64,000 nt of DNA from Candidatus Marinacidobacterales bacterium (GTDB lineage: Bacteria > Acidobacteriota > Vicinamibacteria > Marinacidobacterales > DATDRI01). The notes beneath the pieces were generated by a model. It ran no database searches and was not told where the DNA came from. It worked only from the letters and a program-made list of their open reading frames with translations. The DNA lies in NCBI GenBank assembly GCA_965219415.1, contig CBDCNP010000002.1:640001-704000 (forward strand). The letters run 5' to 3'. This document shows, piece after piece, positions 30,571 to 41,830 of this stretch. Both the position numbers and the translations under genes were made by a program. The number at the start of each line of letters is the position of its first letter. Position 1 is the first letter of the stretch.

Positions 30571-31255
30571 AAACCAAGTTCCGTGAATTGGCCACTCACC
30601 TCCATCTGATCCCACGCGGCGAGGACGAGGCGGCGAGTGCGGTATTCGCCGTATTGGCGGACTTCCTTTTCCTTGAGTACACGGAAGGTTTCCGAGGGAT
30701 AGTCGGGGCCCTTCACGTCGGCGGGGTCGAGTATATAGCTCAGCTCGTCGCGGGTCAGACCGTAGGCGCGAGCGTAGAAAGCGTCGAGATCGGCGCGCAA
30801 GTAGGCGCGGCGTTTTTCATCCCAGGCGAAGGGGGGGCCTTCATAGCCGAGGTCGCGGGCGAAGGAAGTCATTGCGTGTGAGGTGTAGGTGAGTTCGAGC
30901 ACCTTTGGGGTAAGAAAAGTTACACGCTCTTGCGTGTAGAAGCTAGAAGGGAGAAGCGTAATCTGACGCATAGTGAAGAACTTAAAGGAAGTGCCCCCAA
31001 CTTTCTGGCGTGCAATGAAGTCAGTCACAAGCGAGTTCAAATTCGCATAAAGAGCCGAAACTCTTGAGGTACAGTGGTCCGGAAGCATCAATAAAAACTT
31101 GTCGTTGTAGGCAACGCGCGGAACCAAACAAGCAATCACTGTCCGCTCGTCGGTCGCCCGCGCGATGTCACGCCAACCCATCAACCAGCCTCGGGACCAG
31201 CCTTTGGCGGTGAGGCGCTCGTTCACGTCCGTTTCCGGCACCCAGTAGCGAGGGG

Positions 31256-32512
31256 TGGGCTTGATCCAGTTTCGTGGACACTTTCTGAAAGGCGGATACG
31301 ATGTCCACAATGGCAAAGACAACGCAGCCCCGGCGACCCCGCCGGGAGTTTGATGACGAGTTTAAGGCAGGCGCGGTCCGGCTGGTGCTTGATGAGGGCC
31401 AGAGCGTGGGTCGGGTGGCCCGGGAGCTTGACCTCACCGAATCGGCGTTTCGCAACTGGGTCCGTCAGGCCCGGGCCGATCGGACGAAGGGCCGGACGGG
31501 CTTGACGGGCGTGGAACGCGAGGAGCTTCGGCGGCTCCGCAAAGAGAATCGGCGGTTGCGGGTGGAGCGCGACGTTTTAAAAAAAGCCGCGGCCTTCTTC
31601 GCGAAGGAGAGCGAGTAAGATTCGCGTTCATCCAGGCGGAGAAGGCCACCGTACCGGTCGTTCACCTGTGTCAGATTCTCAACGTCTCTCGGAGTGGCTT
31701 TTATGCCTGGGTACGTCGGCCGCCGTCGGCCCACGCGCGCCGGGACCGCCAGTTGCGCGTGTTGATTCGTGCCTCCCATGAGGCGAGTCGCCGCACCTAT
31801 GGGAGTCCGCGGATTTATCACGACCTGCACGAGCAGGGGTATCGAGTGAGTCGGAAGCGGGTGATTCGGTTGAAACAGGCAGAAGGCCTCATTGCTCGAG
31901 TACGCAAACGCTTCAAGCGCACGACGGTAAGCGGTCATGGCCAGCCCGTCGCGGCCAATGTGCTCGGGCAAGACTTCGTCGCCGATGCGCCGAACCAACG
32001 GTGGGTCGGGGACACGACCGAGTTCGTGATCGGCAGCGGCGGGAAGCTTTATCTCGCGGCGCTCCTCGACCTCTACTCGCGATTCCTCGTTGGGTGGGCC
32101 GTAAGTGCTATTAACGACCGTCACCTGGTTATCAAGGCGTTGCGGATGGCACTGAAACGTCGCCAACCGGCCGCGGGGCTCTTGCATCACTCCGATCAGG
32201 GCAGTCCGTATGCCAGCAAAGACTACCAACGTCTCCTTGAGACGCATGGCATGACCGGGAGCATGAGCCGACGGGGCAACTGCTACGACAACGCCGTCAT
32301 CGAGAGCTGGTTCTCCACGGTCAAGCACGAGCTTGGGGAGCATTTCCTCAGTTGCGGCGAGGCCAAGATGGCCCTCTTCGACTTCATCGAGGTATTCTAC
32401 AACCAGAGACGACGACACTCGACCCTCGGCCAGGTCAGTCCGGCCGAGTTTGAACGACGGATGAGGACTTCGCCAGCTTAACTAAACCGTCTACGAAACC
32501 GGATCAAGCCCA
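31256..32512 (+). mobile_element. IS3-family element, apparently intact
   Basis: TG...CA ends, ~24-bp imperfect IR TGGGCTTGATCC(A/G)GTTTCGT, GGG target duplication; removing it restores EPAPRYW in frame. Confidence 0.93.
31301..32481 (+). CDS. IS3 transposase OrfA (31301-31618) and OrfB (to 32481), joined by a -1 frameshift
   Basis: HTH OrfA; A7G slippery site near 31579; WVGDTT, HHSDQGS and DNAVIES DDE motifs. Confidence 0.92.
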
Positions 32513-32814
32513 GGGCGGGCTCGCAGGTCGGACGCTGCTTTTCCGTCGACCCAAGGTTGGTCGAGCTTTCGCCGTCCTCGTCATAGCCTGCCCACCGATG
32601 ATCGAATTGATGGATCATCTTCGCCTCGTAGAGCGGCACATAGCGAATGGCGCGAGGCCCGCCATCCGAAAGCAGCAGGATGCCACCATCGACTCCTTCA
32701 GCTGCCGGCACACTCTGTGACGGATGCTGATCGGAGCAAACCCAATCGGTGCCTTCGCGCACGAACCCGGCTTCCGTCAGCTCTCGCGCCGTGCGGAACA
32801 GGGCTGAGTCGGAG

Positions 32815-32852
32815 GTCATGTTGAACAGGCCCTGTCATGTTGAACAGGCCCT
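32815..32852. repeat. 19-bp tandem duplication
   Basis: GTCATGTTGAACAGGCCCT x2. Confidence 0.95.
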
Positions 32853-33089
32853 GTCGAAACTCGATCCCCCACGGGTTGCCTTCCGGCCCCTTGCCCTCCT
32901 CGATCAGTATCGGGGCGTTGGCGTAGATCTTTGCGGTCAGTTCCGCATCGGCACGAGAGCGGAAGACAGGTGCTGTACGGGTGTTGGGGTTGATCGCCGT
33001 GATCTGCTGGGAGCTCAGGGTAAAGTTTCGCTCCGGTTCCGCCAGTTGCGCTGGGTCGGTCAGGAAAAAGGCAAAGTGGGCGGTGCCCT

Positions 33090-34577
33090 CCCACCGTGGC
33101 GCCACTGCCCGAATGGGTCTTTGCGGCACTGGTCCTGTGCATGGCGGTGTCTCTGTCCAACCGCTTCGGCCGCATGTACAACGAGCTGGACGAGCTGCGC
33201 CAGAGGTCTTGAAAGGAAGGTGAAAGAGCGGTCGGCAGAACTGGGGACGGCGCAGCGAAAGATCAACGCCGTTCTCGAAGGGGCCGCTCTAGGGGTGGTC
33301 GCCATTGGCGGAGACGGCCGTATCGTGCTGGTCAACACCATGGCCGAGAAGATCTTCGGCTACCGCCGGGAAGAGATGCTCGGCCAAACCGTCGAGACGT
33401 TGCTGCCGCAGCAACACCCGGAGCTGCGCCGGCCTCACCCGGCCAGCAATTTCTCCCCGCTATCCGACCGGCCGATGGGCTCCGGCCAGGACCTGGCCGG
33501 CCGCCGTAAAGACGGCACCACGTTTCCAGTGGAAATCAACTTAAGCCACGTCGCCGCGCCTTGTTCAACAGGGCGGGCTATGCCACGGAGGACGGGCTCG
33601 TCGGCCGAAAGCTCGTCGACCTCTTGGTACCCCGAAGCCCGGCCGCTCTTCGCCGCCTACCTCGATACGATTCGCACAGAAGGGCGCGCCCAGGGTCTCA
33701 TGAAAGTCATGACCAAGAGTGGAGAGACAAGGATACTCGAGTATGACAATACCTTGCGGACGGAGGCATCGGGGCAACCCCTCGTGCGGGGGGTGGCCCG
33801 CGACGTCACCGAGCGCAAGCGTGCGGAGAAAGCGCTCGAGGCGCGCTCCGCGGAGCTAGCCGTGGCGAACGAAGAGCTAGAGGCCTTCACCTACTCGGTA
33901 TCGCACGACCTACGCACTCCCCTGCGACACATCAACCTCTCTGCGCAGTTCCTTCTGGAAGATTATGGCCCCGGGCTGGGCGACGAGGTCCTAAGCGACT
34001 TGAGACAGATCCGGGAAACTGCGGTCACCGCGGGCAAGATGGTAAACGACTTGCTCGAGCTCTCGAAGCCGGGGCGGCGGAAATTGGAACGGCAACCGAC
34101 CGAGCTCGGCGCGCTGGTGGAGGAAGTTCGTCACCGCCTCCGGCCGGAGCTGAACGGCCGGCGGGTCGATTGGGTGATTGGCGACTTGCCCACGATTTAC
34201 TGTGACCCCTCCCTGATGGAACGGGTCCTCTTCAACTTGCTGTCGAATGCTATCAAGTATACGCGTCCGCGGGAGCGCCCTGTTATCCGGGTGGGTCAGA
34301 TGGTCATGAATGGCCAGCCCGTGATCTTCGTGCGGGACAACGGAGTCGGCTTCGACCCGAAACAGGCGGAAAAGCTCTTCCAGGTTGTTTCGGCGCCTTC
34401 ACCGGCCCAAGGAGTTCGAGGGCACCGGGGTGGGGCCTGGCCACCGTGAAGCGCATCATCGCCAGACACGGGGGACGGGTATGGGCGGACGCCGAACCAG
34501 GCAAGGGTGCCAGCTTCTTCTTCAACCCAGGTCCGCGGGAGGAAACGGGGGGCAGACCCAGCAAGGGTAGCCGGTGA
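33090..34577 (+). pseudogene. PAS sensor histidine kinase, 5'-truncated with multiple frameshifts
   Basis: PAS motifs, YSVSHDLRTPL H-box, NLLSNAIKY, DNGVGF; G2 box split across frames. Confidence 0.85.
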
Positions 34578-34795
34578 AGCCCTCGAGCAGAGCCAGCCTA
34601 GCGCTCGCCTGCATCTTCGGCCCACTTGCGGGTCTCGCTCCCAGCAGCGCCCGAGTAGCAGCGAGCTTCTCAAGAGCGTGTTATGAGACATCGCAAAATG
34701 TCTCATGCGACACATCTTCACATCTCGGAACGCAATTAAAACGGTGGAGAACCCGATTCGCTGTCCTCGTTCGCGCCCAGGAGATTGCAGAACGC

Positions 34796-35197
34796 TCAGC
34801 CGTCCAAAGGCGCCGGCGACTCCCGCAACCCCGTGCCCAAGAGCTCCCTTACCGCGCCGATCAATTCCCTCGATCCCAAAGGTTTGGTCAGTGTACGAAA
34901 CGCGCCGATCCGCTTGGCGAGCTCGAGATAGTTCTCCGGTGGCAAACGGCCCCCACCGGAGATAGCAATGATCTTGATACCCGGGAAGTGGCGCCGGAGT
35001 TCATAGATCGTTTCTATGCCCTCTTTGGCGGGCATGAGAATGTCAGTGATAACCAAGTCTGCCGGTTCTTCGAGGCAGCGTCGAATTGCCTCGTTTCCAT
35101 TATTGGCGGTCCTGACCGCATAGCCGGCTTGTTCCAGCATACGCTTAACGATATCCAGTACCGCATCGTCATCTTCTACGACCAGAATGCCCTCCAT
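34796..35197 (-). CDS. Single-domain response regulator
   Basis: ILVVEDD, DLVITDILMP, IIAISG, LTKP. Confidence 0.9.
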   Translation of the reverse strand: MEGILVVEDDDAVLDIVKRMLEQAGYAVRTANNGNEAIRRCLEEPADLVITDILMPAKEGIETIYELRRHFPGIKIIAISGGGRLPPENYLELAKRIGAFRTLTKPLGSRELIGAVRELLGTGLRESPAPLDG

Positions 35198-35367
35198 AAC
35201 TTGCCTACCTTCCCGACTGATTCATGGGCTCAGCTCAGCCGATCAAAACTTTCCCGTCGCAAGCGCTCGAAGGTACATTTATCAGGATTTCCGGCGAAGT
35301 CGAAAGCAAGAACCGTACCGATGTTTCCTGTTCGACGAAGAGGGGGATTGGAAGCCAGATCTCATTC

Positions 35368-35594
35368 CTAGCTCTTGAGCGCAAGGTTCCTGTGCTTCTT
35401 GATTTCCTGGTGAGACGAGCTGCTGGGGATTCCGAGTCTCACCGCCGTACTGCCGACCCGACCCTGCTCCCCTTGGAACGTCCTTTCGATGCGTAGCCTC
35501 TCAAGCTCCCGCAGTGTGAGATTCCAACCGCCTGCCGAAAGGTCAACCTCACTCCGTCTTCGTCGTCGACGAGCAGGATCTTGTTCCGAGCCAT
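35368..35594 (-). pseudogene. Sigma54-type (NtrC-like) response regulator with nearly all internal sequence deleted
   Basis: MARNKILLVDDEDGVR joined out of frame to a Fis-type HTH (LTLRELERLRIERT...RLGIPSSS..QEIKK). Confidence 0.65.
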
Positions 35595-36895
35595 CTCGAG
35601 ACTCCTCTCCTCACTCCGCATGAACTATCCCGAGTAGAGCGGACAGGTCACAGAGATTACAGCCCCGCCCTCGGGTCGGTTGTCCGCGGAAATCCACCCC
35701 CTATGATCTTCGATGATCCGCTGGGCGATGGATAGCCCCAGACCCGTTCCATTCCGGCGTCGCGTAAAGAACGGCTCGAAAACCCGCGGCAGATCGTCCT
35801 TGCGAAACCCCGGGCCCGAATCCTGGATGGTGCAGTGAGCCCACCTATGGCCGTTTTCACGGATCTCCTTCGCCGCCACCCTGATGATCCCTCCCTGAGG
35901 AGAATGTTCGATGGCGTTCTCCAGAACGTTTTGAAAGGCCAGGAGCAAGCGTGTTCCGTCCATCATTCCTGGCGCAAAACCTTTTTCGACGTCATTGGCG
36001 ACGTTTACCTTCATTCGCTCCGTCTGGGCGGCGCATAACTGGATTGTTTGATCGATGACGTCACCGATAGAACCCTCGGAGACCTCCCGGCTTTGCGGCC
36101 TGCCGTACTCCAAGAGCTCTTGCATGAGTTGGCTCAGCCGATCCAATTCCCTGCGTAGCACCCTGGTATATTGTTGATACTCCTCCCGATCCGGAAAACG
36201 CGCTTCGAAGGCATCCACCGTCGCTGAGATCCCAAAAAGGGGATTCCGCACGCCATGGGCGACGCCGGCCACCAGCGAACCCATCGCCGACATGACCTCG
36301 CTGCGACGCAGTGCCGCTTGCAGTTCCACCAACTTGGTGATCTCTCGCGCCACGAGTATGATTCGTTGATCCTCGCCGGGCGCGGCGCTCACGCTTGCCG
36401 CGATGTCCCAGGTTCTGCCCGTCGACTCATCTCGAGCTTGGCAGGACCTCGAGGAACCATTCTCCCGGACCAGGCTCACGAGCTCGGCCGCCGTTTGCCA
36501 GGGCTGCACCGACCCGACGCCCTCGACTGGCCCGCGTGTGATCCTTTGGTAGCTCTTTCCCAAGAGGCGCTTGGTAGCTCGATTGACCCTGGTGATTTTG
36601 CCGTCCATGTCTACGATCAACATCGCAGATTCAACTGCATCAAAGGTTCGTCGCCACTCCATGGCCGACCTCTCCATGGCCTGCCACAGACGCGCCTGTG
36701 CCGCTTCGATCTGCTTGCGCTTTGTCGTGGCGCGGATGATGGCCAATCCGCCGAGGATCTCGCCAGACTCGTCCCTTAGAGGAGTATATTGGCCTTCGTA
36801 AAATCCTTGCCGGCCTGTTTCGGTTAGGAAAAAGGGTCTATCTTTGACAAAGACGGTCTCCCCGGAGAGTGCTTTAAACATGGAACTGTCTTCCC

Positions 36896-38015
36896 GAAAG
36901 TGTGCCAATCTTAGTTGGGAATTGAAACGGCTCCAAACCCCGTGGTTTGATGGCGTTGGACAAAACAAAATCAAGCCGCGAAGAAAGGAGCCGAGATGGG
37001 AAGTCTGCTACGTTCGGTCAAGAAACGCAAGAAGTCGCGTCGTTTGGGTGAGGTCGAGATGGTGAGGCACGAGGATTACGGGGAACTCGTGCTGGACGCC
37101 AAGGTAGAGATGATCCGTTGGTTGGTCCCCCTTGGTCTAATGCACGTTCACGAGTTGCTCGACGACGAAGTGAAGGCGTTGGCGGGAGAGCGATACTCTC
37201 GCAAGGACGAGCTGGAGCGCGGTCGCCGTCCCGGAAGCAACCCGGGCACGGTAGGGCTTGGCGGCCAGCGGGTACCGATCCGTGTGCCACGGGTTCGGAG
37301 CATCGAGGGAGGAGAGATTCCGCTTCGCTGCTACGAGGCGGTGAGCCACGGCGGTGAGGTGAATGATCTTCTGCTGAAACGAGTTCTCTACGGAATCTCT
37401 TGTCGCAACTACGAGGCGGCAGCGGAAGCGATTCCGGGCGCCATCGGGCTGTCGAGCTCAACGGTGTCCCGAGGGTTCGTGCAAGCGAGCGCTGCGAAGC
37501 TGCGGGAGATGCAGGAACGGGATCTGACCGGCGAGGATGTGGTGGCGCTGTTTCTGGATGGGAAGACATTCGCCGAGGCAACGATGGTCGTGGCTCTGGG
37601 CATCACGCTTTGCGGGGAAAAACGCTTCTTGGGCTTCGTGGAGACGAACACGGAGAACGCGCAGGTGTTGACGCCGTTCCTGCGTTCACTGCTCGAGCGG
37701 GGACTCGATATCTCCCAGGGTCTGCTGGTGATCATCGACGGCGGCAAGGGTCTCCAAGCGGCAGTCAAGAAGGCATTCCGTAAGCGGGCCCTGATACAAC
37801 GCTGCCAGTGGCACAAACGTGAAAACGTAGTGAGCTACCTGTCCAAGGGCGAGCAGGCGTCATGGTGCAAGCGGCTCCAGTGGGCCTACAACAGGCCGGA
37901 GTACGAAGAGGCCCTCACTGCGCTCGAGCAACTCCACGGTGAGTTAGAAGTATCGAAGAAGAAGGTCGCTTAAACGTGAGCCGTGGAGAATTTCAACTAA
38001 GAATGGGCTTGACTC
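36896..38015 (+). mobile_element. IS256-family element
   Basis: 8-bp TSD GTCTTCCC at 36888-36895 and 38016-38023; imperfect IRs sharing CCA-TCTTAGTTG. Confidence 0.88.
36996..37973 (+). pseudogene. IS256 transposase, probably with an internal C-terminal deletion
   Basis: LFLDGK, IIDGGKGL, QRCQWHKRENV; only 325 aa, and the TN..E segment carrying the third catalytic residue is absent. Confidence 0.8.
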
Positions 38016-39372
38016 GTCTTCCCCGGTCTCCTTCAGAAGTGGGAGTACATCGAAGGCACATTTACCGAGCACTTGTCCTGCCCGCACGCCGGAGATTCGC
38101 TCCATTGCCGGGTTCCAGAGCGTGTAGTGACACTTTCGATCGAAGGCCAGAATACCGTCGACGCTGCTATTAATGAGTCGTTGAGAGAATTCCTTTTCGC
38201 GCCGGAGCTCGTTCGCGGCTCTTACGCGCTCGGTGATGTCTTCAATCATGCTCAGACTATAGAGAATTTCCCCCGCCCCGTCTTTGATTAGCGAAGCGGT
38301 GACCCGCGCCCATAGGATCTGCTTTTCCTTCGTAAAATAACGCTTTTCCCTCTGGTAGCTTGAAATCTCGCCACGAGACAACTTGCGGGCGTCTTCCGTA
38401 TCGAAATCGAAGTCCTCTGGATGCGTGACGTCGATGAGACTGAGCCGAGTCAGCTCATCCTCGGAGTAGCCTAGCATCTGGCAAAACGCCTTATTCACTT
38501 TGAAGTAGCGGAAATCCCGATCGACCAGTGCCATGCCCACCGGCCCGTCCTCGAAGACTTTACGCAGTTGCTCTTGGCTCTCCCGGAGCGCCTCCTCTTC
38601 CGCGCGGTCTTCCTCCCACCTGTGTTTCGCATTTTCCTCATCGCGTCTTGTTACCAAGTAACGAAAACCAACGCCAACAAGAATCAGTCCGGCTATGCCT
38701 AGGAGTCCGGGAAGCATTGCATTCCAAAGTCTTGGCTCAAGAGTAAACTCTTCCAACAACTCGATGAGCAGCGAATTCAGGAGTAGTACCCACCCTACTT
38801 TCAGCACTCCTACCTGGAACCTGGAGACGAAGAAGTACCCGATGGCGATGGCCAATAGATAAGACGCTTCCATCGCTATGTTCGGCGAGTCGAACGGCCC
38901 TTTTATGGGGAACGCGTAGAACCAAGCGATGATGGTTACCACGCTGGGGAGTAACAGGGCATGTTGACGCATGGCGATCAGTCCACGACGAAGTCTCATT
39001 CCGACACACGTCGTCCACACGATAAGTGACCTCCGAGCTCCCGGGGACTTCGACACTGGACGGTCTCCAACCGGCCCGGGCGGCTTTCGCAAATCTCACC
39101 CTAGATAGTCAGCGTTTCGGGAGGAACCCTTTTTCAAACCGAATGAAACGCGCCGCAGCCGCAACCCCCGGTAGCAGAGATTACTCACCCCTGCTTGGAG
39201 CGCCTTTCCAGGATTCCCCCAATTTTTTGTGTTTCGAAAAGGATAACTGGTGTCATTCCTATGTCAACCGAGTTCGGGTAATGTCACCCTGGTTCCGGTA
39301 TGAAAGTAGCCGATCTTCCGTTCGATGTCCGGTTCACAGCCCCTAGACACCGAAAATAAGGCCCCCGAACAA

Positions 39373-39534
39373 GGATGAAGCGGAGATCCCAGAGCGCCGG
39401 CGGACTCCATCTGGGCGCTGCCGGGGCAGATCATCCAGAGCCTCTGCGGCGCCGAGCCCAGAAATCCCGTGTTCATGTTGGACGAGATCAGCACGGACAA
39501 TCCCAGGGCACTTTCGGCCTCTGGGTCCTGGACC
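39373..39534 (+). pseudogene. Degenerate internal fragment of lon
   Basis: DEAEI...[21 protein letters not shown], homologous at DNA level to lon 14763-14880. Confidence 0.8.
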
Positions 39535-39912
39535 TCACACCGCTTGCTGGCCGATTTGGGTAGCGAGCTGGCAAAACTTCTGGATGTAGGTTCAGAGTTT
39601 TTGCTTCCCTTCATCAGAAACATCGAGGAACCGCAAGCCCATGCCTGTCGGTAAGCGCTCCGCCTTCGACCCGACCTTGTCGGTGCGCCAAACGACTTCC
39701 GCCTCCGCCGTCACCTCACCCAAATCCCACGGCATATCCAATATCAAACCGAACGATTCGCCGGCCTCGGTAAGCTCCTCGGTTGCCAGAAAAGCCCCGG
39801 TCTCACTGAGATTCGTGACGTAGCCTTCGAGGAGCTTCTCCCCGAGTTGAAATTTGGCTCGAATGATCAGCGGGCTGACGCGACGACTGATTCGTGTTTC
39901 ATCCATTGGCAC
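39535..39912 (-). pseudogene. PilZ-domain protein with a premature TGA (39592-39594)
   Basis: RISRR and NLSETG c-di-GMP motifs; homology continues after the stop as TYIQKFCQLATQIGQQAV*. Confidence 0.8.
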
Positions 39913-39932
39913 ACCCCCATCTTCCGTCCGTT

Positions 39933-41581
39933 CTATGCAGATAGCGTCGACTCGAAATCACGGAGCTTGCGATGTAAGAAAACGTTCTCCAAGGCCATCC
40001 CTGCTTGCGCCAGGAAGAGCTCGACTCCCTTGAGTTTTCCGAAAGGCTTTCCGGAGACCGGGTTGTCGCCGTAGAGGATAGTCAAGACCTCCCGGTTGTT
40101 GAGCATGGGTAGCAATGCGATCTCTTGCGCGCGGCCCCGGTCAATGACCGAGTAGAGAGAATCTTGTAGACCGTCCACGTCTGGTCCTATCCGCAGCGTT
40201 TTGCGAGTCTGCACAACCTGTGCTAAGCACTGGACCTTTTCCAAGTCCATGACGATTCGCTTGGCCACCTCGATGTTGGCACCGCCACCTCGAGTGAGCC
40301 CGAACCCTGCCATGCCAGTGGCTTCGCGTTTCTGAATCATGAACAAGATGCCCCTCTCGAAATACTTGGATGCTACCTGAAGGACCATGCGAGACACGTC
40401 CAAAGAGCGTCCCGGGTTGACGAGCTGTTCGGACATGGAAGTGAGAAAGTCCAGCAACAAGGAGTCGTCGCCACGTTCGATGTCTGCGGCCTCCTTCGCC
40501 GGGCCCGATGGGTTGATCGTCAGATCGGTGAGGTGGCGCATGAGGAGAACCGAGAACGCTTTCAGAAGGCTCGGTACTCATCCTGATCGAGTTTGGAGAT
40601 CGTCGGTTTGAACGCGACTTTGTGGATTCCCAACTCCCTCGCTCTTTCCCGGGCCTTATCCGGGAGTCGATCCGTCATCAGAAGAATGGGCAATTCCAAT
40701 CTGCTGTTTCTCAGCCTCCGCACCAGCTCGAAGCCACCGTAGAAGCTCTTGCCACTTGGGCTCGGCATGCGGAGATCGGAGGCAAGCACGACCCGGTCGC
40801 CGGCAGTCAGGAGCCTGCGAACCAACGCCTCTCCCTCGTCCGGATTGGAGGCGGTTTCGACGCGCAAGCGCCGCGCCCGGAGCTCCTCACCTACTATGTC
40901 GGTAACCTCGGTTTCATCGTCGACCAGGACGACGACCATCTCAGACTGCGTTTCGGAAGGTGCACCGGGCGGTTGGACACCGTCCGCCGGATCTGCCGGT
41001 GGGACGGGCGGAGGCGATTGGATCGGCTGAGCCGACTGAGCCTGCCGAGCGATCTCCGCGGGAACGGGAACAGGCTCCGGCGTAGTCTGTGAAGTCGGCC
41101 GCTTTTCGGCTGGCGGTCGTGGGTCGGTGCCAACGAACATGGCCGTATCTTCACGTTCCTCGTCCATTTCCTTGGCGGTATCCAGCAACAGGTGCTGCGG
41201 ATCGAAGCCGTTGTGGTCCAGAAATGGCGCGACGTCTACCCCACCTAGCTCGGCGGTGAGATCATCGGTGAGTCGAAACAAAAAGTCTCCCTCTCGCATC
41301 GTGGTCAGCTCGCGAAACGTGACCTCGATATGCTGCCGGAGCAAGGCCGAGCGGTCTCCGGTGTGATCTCCGGCGGCGAGCTGTCGTAGGTAGCTCAGGG
41401 TGGATCATGAATAAGCACAGAGAACCAGCCCATTCTTGAAGAGGATCGCGCCCCGACCCAAGGGACCCTCGACACTCAAATAACCCGTCTTTTTCGAGAA
41501 GGCGACGATTTGGAGGATATCGAGAAGGGGGAGATCTTCTAGTCTCCCCTTGAGACCCTCGCTTCCGTGGTCCTCGGTCAA
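39933..41581 (-). pseudogene. DUF4388 plus receiver plus GAF-like signalling protein, disrupted
   Basis: LKGRLEDLPLLDILQIVAFSKKTG; stop at 41405, frameshifts near 41395 and 40565; VLVDDE...SDLRMP...FKP. Confidence 0.75.
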
Positions 41582-41830
41582 TGTCGTCGCGGCTCCTGGT
41601 CGACGAGCCCCACGCCCAAACCGAACGGGGGTAGCGGGGTCGGCATTAGGCGGACTAAGGCCGGCTGGGGAGGGGTGGCCATGCCGGCCGATCAAGCAAT
41701 GCGTGTGCCAGAGGCGGGATCCGCTCGGAGCGCCGATCTACCTGGACCACAGGCGTTTACGCGAGAGGCCTGCATTAGAAGATGGGGAAAGCTGTAGAGT
41801 TTTCCCGGCACTCGCGGGGTATTACCCTCG

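Larger units (their letters stand above)
30567..33085 (-). pseudogene. C-terminal part of a large Eco57I-like/type IIG (DISARM DrmMI-like) methyltransferase, split by IS3
   Basis: INPNTRTAPVFRS, PLYEAKMIHQFDHRW, PRYWV, RATDERTVIA, GEYRTRRLVL; IS3 insertion, 19-bp duplication frameshift, 5' part missing. Confidence 0.8.
35625..38972 (-). pseudogene. Membrane multi-PAS histidine kinase interrupted by IS256
   Basis: Removing the IS and one TSD joins ...LLKETGED to SSMFKALSGE... in frame; H-box AHGVRNPL, GTGLGL. Confidence 0.88.

Noticed and set aside
32749-33090. 566-aa ORF 32749-34449 as an intact kinase
   Set aside because: Its N-terminus is the antisense of the methyltransferase remnant, and the kinase motifs are split across frames
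39592-39594. In-frame TGA in PilZ as selenocysteine
   Set aside because: Aligns to Arg (CGA) in the paralogue at 17428-17622; a simple C-to-T nonsense change
41405-41407. TGA after CAYS in the DUF4388 protein as Sec
   Set aside because: Followed within a few codons by a frameshift and not in a redox motif; more likely decay
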